Under the pieces are notes generated by a model. The model ran no database searches, was not told where the DNA came from, and saw only the letters and a program-made list of their open reading frames with translations. This document shows positions 24,991 through 35,962 of a stretch of DNA of 64,000 nucleotides, in pieces (positions within the stretch are counted from its first letter, which is position 1; every line of letters starts with the position of its first letter). The stretch is from Macrostomum lignano (taxonomy: Eukaryota): positions 1 through 64,000 of the forward strand of contig NIVC01001688.1 in assembly GCA_002269645.1 (NCBI GenBank), given 5' to 3'. A program made the position numbers and the translations under genes.

Positions 24991-25948
24991 ATGGAATCCT
25001 ACTAGATGAATAGACATATTGCGTCACTCACCGACAGCAGGAGACTCAACGCCAGCACTGAACAAGCAGTATGCGTAACGGAGCGCAATTGTCTAAGCCT
25101 TGTGGATTTCATTATTCCAATTAATTATAATAATAACCTATCCTGGATCTATTGGGTTGAGATTCTTTGTTTATTGGATTCTAAGTTAATAATAAACTGC
25201 TTTGAAAAAGAAACAGTAAGGTGCAGTCAGCTTAGGATGCTCCAAGAAGAACAAGAAGGGGAGGATTTGAACTTGCGTTTGGGGAGGCGGGAAGAAGGGC
25301 AACACAAAAACCTGTACAGTCTGAATCTGGAAGTCCTGTGTTTGGCTGGGGGGCCTGGCCTAGTAAAGACGGGCTTGGATTTTATTAACCCTCCCAACAA
25401 ATACAATGAGGAGTAGTGGGGTAGTGGTCGCCCTGAATGTACATTTAAAGATCAGACCTGGAGGAGGAATGGGAGGGCCCAGTCGGGATAGGGGGGGGGA
25501 GGGGCGTCTTTACCCGCAAATGTACATTCAGCCCTGAAGGCTAAGTAAACTGGGGGCGGGGGCTTGCCCCCCCCCCGACTCCGGGAGTTGTACCCCAACT
25601 CCTTCCTAGCTCTCAAGCCGCACGCAAACCGGGAATGGCAGAAATGGCTTCCTCTCCCCCCGTCCCCCCGACCCCCTCCGGTGTCCTTGCCTATGAACTT
25701 ATGATGATAGATTTTTCAAAGCTTACTGAGACCTGGGCTGAGGCCTGACCCTGAGCTCGTGTGCGCGACGCGGACGGACGTGGAGTTAATGAAAAACCCG
25801 CGGCTTTGGCCTTAATAAATACGCAAGAGGGTGGCTTGGTCAGGGTGAGGTGTGAGAGAGTGACAGACTGAATTTGAGTGTCTCGATTTGAACTTGAAGC
25901 GACCCAGTTCATTCCCAAAAATCCCAACCCAAATGATTTTGATTAATA

Positions 25949-26146
25949 CAGGATGGTCTAGAAAGGTCTCCCGGATAACAGAGTTTTCTCTGTACTGGGT
26001 TGACGGATTGGGCTGAAATTTGACCTGCTTAAACTTTGTTGTGATGCTTTTCTTCTACTTAAAAATTTTGGTACTCATACATGTACTTGCTTCAAAAATC
26101 ATGAAAACTTAGTTCGTTATCTAGGAGACCTTTCTTGACCATCCTG
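25949..26146. mobile_element. Tc1/mariner-type MITE, 198 bp
   Basis: 31-bp TIRs CAGGATGGTCTAGAAAGGTCTCCCGGATAAC / GTTATCTAGGAGACCTTTCTTGACCATCCTG (3 mismatches), with TA on both sides (TA TSD). Confidence 0.85.
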
Positions 26147-26799
26147 TACTTCCGGGCCACGTGTAACCTTGACGTGTATATTTTTTCTTTCCATATCTTA
26201 TCTTCTAGGCTATAGAAGATAGGCTATCGTAAAGTCCGACCCTCCTTTACAACTGTACTTGTAGATGGACGAATGCAAAGTAAATCAAGTGCTAGCCAAG
26301 CACTTGAACTTGGGCAGCTGAGCGGTTGAGCATTGCAGTGACTTCCTTCTCTTTCAGTGTGCTTTATGCAGTTCTTTTTACTCCTTGCCATTATGGTGAT
26401 TTTGAATCAATATTATAGAACGATCAAGATCACGCTGAATGCTAATAAAATGATATTTATTTATTTAAATCCTTTAAGAGTCAGATGATGAACGAGAAAA
26501 TAAGAACTGTACAAATTCCGAGACAAGCTGTATTCACACACTGTTTAAGACAGGCGGAAATAAATCACTTGTTAAATTTATTTCACACATGCTATTATAC
26601 ATTTTGATGAAGTTCAATGGGTAGTGCTTTTTAGCTCGTAGAACAAAAAGTCCCACGCACTCGAATCGCAGCAGTTTTTGCGCATGCATGCATATTGAAC
26701 TTGATCAAAGCCAACTACAAATTGCCACGGAGCATGAGAAGTGCTTGGCTTGGCAAGCAATTAAGTTCATCTGCGTGCCAACCGCGGACCATAAGGCCC

Positions 26800-27215
26800 C
26801 TGTTTGGACTCAAACCGCAGAGATATCAGAGCGGGCAGCCATCCTGGCCCTCTAAGGTCATGGCAGTTATGCTAGGTAATCGCTTACCTCCAGGGAAAGG
26901 GAAATCCGCTGTGAGGAATGCCCATTCTGCCTCTCCGGTGTTGAGAATGCGGAGGCACTTCATCTGTGAGTGCCCCGCCTTTACTCAGGTGAGGGCTCAC
27001 CTACCTCGTCCCAAACCCGGATCTCCGACGTTTTCAGGCTCGAGAGCTCTGCCAGCTCGTCCACTACCTAAGGGCTACCGCGGGCGAGCGACCATCCACC
27101 TCCTGGACTCTCAGGGGGGTTAGCGCAATGGGCAGCGACGCCTTCCCGTTGCATCCGGATGCCCGGAGCCTCCTGCAGCTGAGTCCAGTAAGTAACCAAC
27201 TCTGCTTAACTTGCA
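26800..27215 (+). mobile_element. Degenerate 3' end of a non-LTR retrotransposon ORF2 (I/R1/LOA-like), 5'-truncated
   Basis: GHG at 26856, then CPFCLSGVENAE/HFICECPAF (C-x2-C-x8-H-x4-C knuckle with a 1-nt frameshift at ~26955) and terminal LVHYLRAT. In-frame stops are present. Confidence 0.75.
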
Positions 27216-27897
27216 GGATCTGACGGTAGAAGCCCTGATCAATTGTGGTATCTACTTTCTCGTGTCTAGCACAAAGCCTTGCAATTCACTTGTTTACTAA
27301 AATATTGAATTAAGAACAATTTCTCATGCCAGAGCAGTTTCTGTTTGGTTCAACAGTAGAAACCACAAGATCGAGTATAAACTGTTTGTGGGGTTGACTA
27401 CTCTTCTATCGCTACTAACAGTAGGCCAGTAGTGATTGAGGAACTCGTAAGGAAATTCATTGAAAAAATGATTTCATTTATACTTAGGCATGCCTTCTTT
27501 GGCTTGCATTTAGGGGACGCTGGCAAAGAATAAGTCAAACATTTGGGTTTTTGTGCACCTGATTCCGTCTGCCAGTATCAATACTGCTTTCATTGTCTTG
27601 GCTGATGCGAGGCTTGCATGTTAATTAAAAAGAGTTACAGGTATTCAGTTTCGCAACTTTCGCAATACTAATGATCGACTAGGCATAATGGCAGTCAAAC
27701 ATAAATCATTTACTATCTTGGACTCGCTAACCGAATCGAAATTTTCTTGGCACGCGCCTGAACGCTGCGTTTCCGGTTTTCAGGCAACTTTGAGGTGATG
27801 TCTCTGATGCGATCACCATCATGGTATATATTGGAGCAACGCGTGTCCAAATTTACAATTATTCTTTACACTGACTGTGGCGAGTCCCTTACAAGCA

Positions 27898-28620
27898 ATG
27901 GACTTAGGCGCTTCTATCCTTCTGTTTCTGCTTCTGTGCTCCGCGCATGCTCAGTCGCTGTGTCCGAGTCCATTTGCCAACTCGTCCGGTCCATGTCTGC
28001 TTGAGAACACCGAACAAAGCTACTCCTGGTGCGAGGCCAACTCAGAGTGCGCAGCGCTCGGAGGCGAGCTGGCGAATGCTTACAACACCATTAGGAATCG
28101 AAGTTCCCACCACGACTTGTGGATCGGCGTCTCTGACCATGCCGAGGAGCGCGGCACCAACCGATCGGGCTGGGGGCTTATTAATGATAATGGCATTCTT
28201 ATAACAAGTGATTCACTTTGGGACTATTCAGAGCCAGACAGACCTGTGGATGACTGCTTGAGGATAAAACCGAACACTTACAACGGAACTTTGGCTAATA
28301 GGCGATGCTCAAAAATTTATGGCTACCTGTGCGAGTTCCGGCCGGCGACTCGACCTGCCGCAAAGCTGCAGCCGGCCGCCTGGAGGCGAGTGGAGTTCAA
28401 GCGGACCAGCTACAACCCGAGCACCGAGTACTGCTACAAAGATCTGACTGGGATGCCGAGCTCTGTGAGCTGCGTAGCGGCGGCTGGCCGAGACAAAAAC
28501 TGCAGACGCGCGCTGTACAACAGGAGGTCGAAGCTGTGCCGCCTGCTGCTGTTCACCGACGCTCAGGTCGAGTCGGAGATCGAGAACGGCGAGGACTGGG
28601 CGAAGTACAGCGTGACGTGA
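27898..28620 (+). CDS. Intronless secreted C-type lectin domain + C-terminal PAN-like domain protein, 240 aa
   Basis: Signal peptide MDLGASILLFLLLCSAHAQ. CTLD motifs SWCEANSECAALGGELA, LWIGVSD, WDYSEPD..DCLRI..CSKIYGYLCE. PAN-like SSVSCVAAAGRDKNCRRALYNRRSKLCRLL. The ORF track starts at GTG 27877; the ATG is at 27898. Confidence 0.85.
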   Translation: MDLGASILLFLLLCSAHAQSLCPSPFANSSGPCLLENTEQSYSWCEANSECAALGGELANAYNTIRNRSSHHDLWIGVSDHAEERGTNRSGWGLINDNGILITSDSLWDYSEPDRPVDDCLRIKPNTYNGTLANRRCSKIYGYLCEFRPATRPAAKLQPAAWRRVEFKRTSYNPSTEYCYKDLTGMPSSVSCVAAAGRDKNCRRALYNRRSKLCRLLLFTDAQVESEIENGEDWAKYSVT

Positions 28621-28778
28621 GCGAGGACTGGGCGGAGTTCAGCGTGACGTGAGCGAGGACTGGGCGGAGTTCAGAGTGACGTGAGCGAGGACTGGGCGGA
28701 GTTCAGCATGACGTGAGCGAGGACTGGGCGGAGTTCAGCGTGACGTGAGCGAGGACTGGGCGGAGTTCAGCGTGATGT
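28589..28778 (+). repeat. 32-mer x ~6 (GCGAGGACTGGGCGGAGTTCAGCGTGACGTGA); the first copy is the end of the CTL CDS including the stop codon
   Basis: Copies start at 28589, 28621, 28653, 28685, 28717 and 28749. Confidence 0.9.
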
Positions 28779-29374
28779 TACAGATGACTTGAATCTTGGA
28801 AATTTAGCAAGTTATGAACATTGTTTCAGCTTAAACTCGATATTTTCAACTCTGGGTTTAACCATTGAAAATAAAATATACATGAGAACCGAATCAACAT
28901 GGCAGGCAATTACTATATTTGGCTCTAACTTGTCTTATTATCTTCAAACAGATGTCATTCTCAGAATTAAAGTCAGTTGAAAGATGGAAAATCAACTATA
29001 GGCTCGTATGAAAGTTCAAGCATTCTGCTTTGTATCCGTGCTACCTGCATTCCTGAACCTGTCCATCGAAACTTGAGAAATTTCTTTGAAGTTTATAACT
29101 TATAAATAATTTATGAAAGGTACTGGAGCTTTTGGGCTGATAAAAGATCGATAGCATACAGGTACATGCATGGTTCAACTGGTGAGAGAACAGGCCATGA
29201 GGCTCAATTTTTAATTTACAGCAAGTGTCGGTAAACTCCGGCCCAAGGGCTACATGAAGCTCACGAAGCCTCTCTATCCAGCCCTCGTGTCCTTTGAAAA
29301 TTCACTATAGTAATCCGGCCTGATCATTATATTGAAGTTTGTCTCTTCTCAGCTCTCTTCTCTCGAAAAAATCC

Positions 29375-29560
29375 CTTCTCTCCCTTCTCTCCTCTTCTCT
29401 CCCTTCTCCCCTCTTCTCTCCCTTCTCCCCTCTTCTCTCCCTTCTCCCCTCTTCTCTCCCTTCTCCCCTCTTCTCTCCCTTCTCCCCTCTTCTCTCCCTT
29501 CTCCCCTCTTCTCTCCCTTCTTCCCTCTTCTCTCCCTTCTCTCCTCTTCTTTTTTGTTTC
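29375..29560. repeat. Polypyrimidine 19-mer repeat CTCTCCCTTCTCCCCTCTT
   Basis: Units read directly. Confidence 0.9.
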
Positions 29561-29685
29561 TCCTCTGTTCTCCTTTACTCTTCTTTCTGTTCTCTGTTCT
29601 ATATTCCCTCTGATCAAAGTTTTCCAATCCCTGATTTACAGCAACAGAAAGCTCGTCACTACTAGCGTGTATTGGAATTTCTCAT

Positions 29686-30024
29686 TCAGGCTGTTTTGGT
29701 CCTCGAACGCTTCGTCCGCCTTTTTCCCGTTGATCTTCTCGACCGGCCACCCGCACCGGCCGACTTCGCGGTGGCCGGTTTGGCCGACTTAGCCGTCCGT
29801 CCTGACGGCACCGGGGCCGTCTCCGGCCGGGTGGCAACGCCGGCTCGTGTCGAAGTGGATGCCTCCGGAGCAGCAACTGGCGACGGAAAGAACTCGACCC
29901 GGCGGCCCTGGCAGTAGCGCTGGTTGCAAACCCGGCAGATGTTCGGCTCCAACATTTTGCCCACAAAGTCGCCCAGCAAGCATTCGCGGCAGTAGCGCGT
30001 GCCGCACCATTTGCACATGTACGT
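29686..30024 (-). CDS. Terminal exon of an uncharacterised Cys-rich (putative zinc-binding) protein with a basic C-terminal tail; upstream exons not resolved
   Basis: Strong acceptor cctctctcgcag| at 30025 (phase 0). TYMCKWCGTRYCRECLLGDFVGKMLEPNICRVCNQRYCQG..RSRRSTGKRRTKRSRTKTA*. GC-rich codon usage like the other exons. Confidence 0.7.
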   Translation of the reverse strand, partial: TYMCKWCGTRYCRECLLGDFVGKMLEPNICRVCNQRYCQGRRVEFFPSPVAAPEASTSTRAGVATRPETAPVPSGRTAKSAKPATAKSAGAGGRSRRSTGKRRTKRSRTKTA

Positions 30025-30284
30025 CTGCGAGAGAGGAGGCGGGGAGACACTGCGACCCCGAATTTCTCATTGACAGGCACAATTTGTGCTTCTGGGTTTG
30101 GCCTCTGAATCTAACCCAGGGACTTAAAAGATTTCCTGCTTTATATTGTTGCTTATTTTATGTCTTAAAAGAGTTATTGACTGAATATGCAGTTCAGATT
30201 AACAAAGTATGTGTTGAGCATCACGTTTGATTACTTGATGGCACATCTATTAAGACTATATAGGAAACAACAATAGAATTGCCC

Positions 30285-31130
30285 CTTGGCAACCTCAGAA
30301 TCGCCCTTGGCAACCTCAGAATCGCCCCTTTTAGCAACCTCAGAATCGCCCCTTGGCAACCTCAGAATCGCCCCTTTTAGCAACCTCAGAATCGCCCCTT
30401 GGCTACCTCAGAATCGCCCCTTTTAGCAACCTCAGAATCGCCCCTTGGCAACCTCAGAATCGCCCCTTTTAGCAACCTCAGAATCGCTCCTTTTAGCAAC
30501 CTCAGAATCGCCCCTTGGCAACCTCAGAATCGCCCCTTTTAGCAACCTCAGAATCGCCCCTTTTAGCAACCTCAGAATCGCCCCTTGGCAACCTCAGAAT
30601 CGCCCCTTTTAGCAACCTCAGAATCGCCCCATGGCAACCTCAGAATCGCCCCTTTTAGCAACCTCAGAATCGCCCCTTGGCTACCTCAGAATCGCCCCTT
30701 GGCTACCTCAGAATCGCCCCTTTTAGCAACCTCAGAATCGCCCCTTGGCAACCTCAGAATCGCCCCTTTTAGCAACCTCAGAATCGCCCCTTGGCAACCT
30801 CAGAAACGCCCCTTTTAGCAACCTCAGAATCGCTCCTTTTAGCAACCTCAGAATCGCCCCTTGGCAACTTCAGAATCGCCCCTTTTAGCAACCTCAGAAT
30901 CGCCCCTTGGCAACCTCAGAATTGCCCTTAGCAACCTCAGAATCGCCCCTTGGCTACCTCAGAATCGCCCCTTTTAGCAACCTCAGAATCGCCCCTTTTT
31001 AGCAACCTTAGAATCACTCCTTAGCAACCTCAGAATCGCCCCTTAGCAACCTCAGAATCGCCTCTTATCAACCTTAGAATCACTCCTTAGCAACCTCAGA
31101 ATCGCCCCTTGGCTACCTCAGAATCGCCCC
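30285..31130. repeat. Alternating 22/24-mer minisatellite (G/A)GCAACCTCAGAATCGCCCCTT(TT)
   Basis: Units read directly. Confidence 0.95.
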
Positions 31131-31789
31131 CGAGTGTCCCCAATTATCTGCAATTAAAATTGCATTTTGGAATCCAGCCTTAAAAATTTCCTGATATAGG
31201 ACAATCTTTTAAAAATTAAGCTTCCCTAATTTGGTAATTATCGAGTACAATATAGTTACTCTATTCAAATCTTATCTAGTTGCAGCATATAACTATCAAG
31301 CAGGAATTTAGAAAAACTTCTATTGCTGTAAAAAGATTCAATCATCAGACGAACGTCTGCCCCACCGGCTACCAATTTTTTTCCAAACGGGATTCTGTGA
31401 AGGCTTAAAAATATTTCCATTGCTATAAAAAAGGCTCATGAATTATTAATGAGCTCTAAAGCGCAGCTGCATCTGCGAAGCGGTCTCTGGTTTGGGGTAC
31501 CCGGCCCCAGGCAGTGTTTTGTCAGCTGGCTGACAGATTGGGCCCGCAGCTTCACATAGTTGATGAAGCAAAGAAACGCTTTCATTTTCATAGCCAAAAC
31601 CTCAGATGGGTTTTTTTAAATTGCGTTATTTCACTGTTTGCGTGGCAAATCCAACATTTTGTATGATTTCATTGCATTTGCTGTGCCAATTGGTTGTATG
31701 CTTACCATGCAGTCCAACAGCTTTGCTATACTAAAACAAAGTCCATTGTATCATTTGTTTCGCGAGATTACACAGGACTTTGGTAAGGT

Positions 31790-32425
31790 GTTAACTGTAC
31801 ATGTACATACACTGGATCATGATAAGATGTGGCCAGTACATACATTGAATCATGGTAAGGTGTATCTGTACATACGTACGTGGAAGCATGGTAAAGTTGT
31901 ACCTGTACATACATGGAATCATGGTAAAGGTGTACCTGTACATACATGGAATCATGGTAAGTTGTACCTGTACATACATGGAATCCTAGTAATGTGTACC
32001 TACACATACATGGAATCATGGTAATGTGTACCTGTACACACATGGAATCATGGTAATGTGTACCTGTACATACATGGAATCATGGTAATGTGTACCTGTA
32101 CATACATGGAATCATGGTAATGTGTACTTGTACACACATGGAATCATGGTAATGTGTACCTGCACATACATGGAATCATGGTAAAGGTGTACCTGTACAT
32201 ACATGGAATCATGGTAAAGGTGTACCTGTACATACATGGAATCATGGTAAGTTGTACCTGTACATACATGGAATCCTAGTAATGTGTACCTACACATACA
32301 TGGAATCATGGTAATGTGTACCTGTACACACATGGAATCATGGTAATGTGTACCTGTACACACATGGAATCATGGTAATGTGTACCTACACATACATGGA
32401 ATCATGGTAAGTTGTACCTGTACAT
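31790..32425. repeat. ~32-mer minisatellite TGTACCTGTACATACATGGAATCATGGTAATG
   Basis: Units read directly. Confidence 0.9.
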
Positions 32426-34227
32426 ATCTGAGATACATGGGATCATGGTAAGGTATCTGTGCATACAACTGACTGTCTGGGTGTGAGGCACACGAATCCC
32501 AGGTTCAGGGCGCAATTATCGGTCGGATTGCAATGCCATGCAGTTTGTCATTGTCCCCCGACTTTTAATATGAGAACTTTAGCATTTTAGCCGCCGCTAA
32601 GTTTCTCTCTGTGCATCCGTATTCCTGCTAACTAGGACTCGCCTATGCGTTCAGGCTTAATTCACCTGTTGACTAGAGGCAAACACGAGATTAAGTGAGG
32701 AACTGTGTACATGCGCGCACCTATATTGTAGGCACATGTAATGCTGCACTAGCTATGCAAGCAATTTCCCTTGGCACACAAAAGCACAATCAAGCGGATA
32801 TACTGCTGTACTTGCTGACTTGCTTGTCACTGAGGGAAGTTACGGGCAAGCGAGTGAGTAAAACAGCACAACTTTTCCGATGTCACTGGTCTCAGTGTCT
32901 ATATATTTCTGCTTTCGATGTATAGCTTCGTACTAAAGGCAGAAATTAGCAATTAAAGCCAACAGAAACTGCAACAGAATTATTCTCACCGAATCAAAGA
33001 TTGCGCAGCCCCAGCGGCACATTGTTCGTCCTGGCGTCCTTAGCGTTCAGTCTCTCCGTGTGTAAATTCAGGTTGAAAACGTGCGGCAAAGAAAAGGAAT
33101 AAAACTCAGTAGTATATTTCGTGTTTCGATTTATACAGCTTTCATGCGTATAGTTTTACACCCTGCAGCTCCGCCTGACTGACCGACCAATCAGATTTTA
33201 CCACAGGAGCTCTATGTATACCTGCATGTGTAATCTGGCTGAAGTTAAATTAAATTTGTATGAGAAAATGAATGCTTGTATTCAATGCATTTTCGAGTAA
33301 TTTCTGTCTTTCAAGTGCGCTGCGTGTACCTTTATTTCAAATTGACACGAAGATATCGAAGTTGCTTGAATGTTTACGATCCTGCATGCAGATACTCGTA
33401 ACTAAGAGTATAAATTTACATGCACAGATATTGTTTAGCTGTTAATTCGAAATAATTGTCTTCTATGGAGTTTTTTACCGAAGTTTTGATCGATGGAACG
33501 AAGTGACTTGATCTTTTTTTGCGCATGCTTTTAATCTGGTTCCTCGTGGTGGCTGCGGGCGTCGCCATGGATTTTATGGTGGGGGACAAAGCCAAAAATT
33601 CTACATGTACATCCTGATGAGGACGCACTTTTTTCCAAATTTCACGCTCGCACATGGGTTCCAAACTTGCTAGCCTACTAACAATGGGCTATGGGGGTTT
33701 TTCTCCTTCTTTTGTAATTTTTCTAGAATTCATACTAGTAGGACTTCCTGTAGCTATATTAATCTGCCATACTTGTAGTTATAATAACATAGGCGCGGTT
33801 TTTTGCTGCTTTTGGGTCATAAATCATTGCGTCTGAGCTGGTCTGACAGCCACCTGCGCCTCACTCAGTGCTGGGGCTGGCACCAGATGGTCTGAGAGGA
33901 TGCGAATGATAGCTTTTTTCTCATCATTTTGACAGGCCATCAAGATTTATGAGGTCAGGGCCTATTGTTCGTGTTCACTCAAGCGTGTGACAGCTTTGAC
34001 AGCTATGCGTTTTACCCCTAAAAGTACGTACGTTGGGATTAGCAATTAGCGATTTCTCTTCATTTACCTTCACTTTCTACTTAATAAGAGCTTTCTGATG
34101 TATATTTTTTCAATAATTTTTGTCAATTCTACGCGAAAAGTCATAAATCATTTTGTTGCGATTTTGATTGATTTATGGCCGCACCTGTCATGTTTTTACG
34201 ACCCCGAGGGAACTGATAGGATCTCCC

Positions 34228-34362
34228 GGTCACGTGACTTTGGGTGGCAACAAGCTCAGCCAATCAGAAAATTCGACGCTCATTTTAACAAATCGGCTCA
34301 GCCAATCAGAATCGACGTGTTCCATTATAACAAACTGCGGTCCAGTTGGCGGCTATTTAAAC
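34228..34362. promoter_or_regulatory. Candidate promoter module: E-box CACGTG, two identical GCTCAGCCAATCAGAA CCAAT boxes 42 bp apart, and a TATTTAAA element
   Basis: Motifs read directly (CCAAT at 34260 and 34302). The module lies between the divergent Cys-rich gene (-) and CDC34 (+). Function is an inference; it could be TE-derived. Confidence 0.35.
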
Positions 34363-34489
34363 CGGTGTTTTTGGCCCGCTCGGACTAATCCTTTCTGGAG
34401 ACCGGCCAAGAACTTGCTCTCTTCCTGGCCCGACCGTCGTTTCTTGATCCCCGGATTGCGACTCCCCCCATCATTCCGCCGCTCCCCCG

Positions 34490-34775
34490 CTCATTTGAGC
34501 GCTGCAGGCACTCATTTTAGCGCTGCAGGCACTCATTTTAGCGCTGCAGGCACTCATTTGAGCGCTGCAGGCACTCATTTTAGCGCTGCAGGCACTCATT
34601 TTAGCGCTGCAGGCACTCATTTTATCGCCGCAAACATTTATTTTGGCAGTCATTTATTTTAGCGCCGAAAGCATTCATTTTGGCGCCGCAGGCACTCACT
34701 TTAGCGTCGCAGGCACTCAGTTTAGCGCTGCAGGCACTCATTTTGGCGCCGCAGGCACTCATTTGATCGCCACAG
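34490..34775. repeat. 21-mer minisatellite AGCGCTGCAGGCACTCATTTT
   Basis: Units read directly; related units occur at 44853-44945. Confidence 0.9.
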
Positions 34776-35962
34776 GCCCTATGTATTGTCGGCCTAAGGC
34801 AAAATTCTTGATTTCCATAACGGGTCACAATTTTGGTGGCGTGGTAAATCAGGCCCGTGTAAAGGGCCGCATCGCACTAATGAACCTATTCAAAAACTTC
34901 AGAACTTTTTAATTCTCATGTTCATTGATTTGATATATTAGTGTTTTCGAAGATTTGGAGTTTCTTCAGTGGCTTATTGATTTTTAATAACTGCAGCCAC
35001 ACAACTACATGATTTTTTTTAAATGAAGAAAGCAAGTAATAACGGCAGTGTTAGTTGAGATCTGTGTAAATTACAGTAGTTTAAGAGTTTGATGGACTCG
35101 TTTGCATCAGGAAAGAGCAGTTGAGTTATATACATGTAAATATGTACCACAGCTGTAGCGGATCAAGTCGCGTCTTATTTTTTTCTACTTTATTTCTTCT
35201 TAAAGTTCACTTCTCGCATATATAAACTAACGAAAAGAGGCATGGGGGCATAAACAAAGAAGTTATCGCAAAAGTAAAAGTACACTACAGTACCGATTTT
35301 TCTATACAAGCGGAAAACAAAGGAACAATCTCGATTCTCGATCCTATCTTTTTGCAACATCATTCAAAAACTTAGCCTAGAAAATAAAATTTGTGGATCT
35401 TAAAGCCTCAATTCTACTATTACGAGTCACTGAAAGGACACAACCAAGCAAGCTTGCTTAGAACTTAAAACAAAAACGTTTTTATAGAATTAATCAACAT
35501 TTTAAACATCGATTTCCAGGCTCGTTTATTTTTAACGTATTATAACAACCTTTTTGATTCAAATTTGTGCAGTTTCGATTCAAGTATTAGATTATACCAC
35601 CAATACATTAAAAAACAGCAGACTGACACACATCAAAAAAGCCAAACTAAAATCAAACAGCTTAAAACGGTAACAATTCAACTGAATTACTGAGTAGTTC
35701 CTGGAATTCTGGAATTTGGACTGGACTGGAACTGGAAGGCCTGCGCTGAAGCCAGTGGAGAAGTCATACTAATACTGTACTGTCATACATTTTGCTCATC
35801 AGTTGTTTTATTAAAACCGGTTAGCTAACTTAGCTAGCCCTCATTGTATTATTAAATTGGTCTTCTTGTGCACACTCGTCCTCGTTGTTATTTCGCAAAG
35901 GTTATTACTTATTTTGAAAACAAAGCGAGGTCTGCAGCCGTCTGCTCTACTGGTCTATCTAA

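Noticed and set aside
25580-25612. Hairpin GGAGTTG-TACC-CCAACTCC followed by CTAG (Helitron 3' end-like)
   Set aside because: Spacing is only 3 nt, the next base is C rather than T, and no 5' TC end or Rep/helicase remnant was found.
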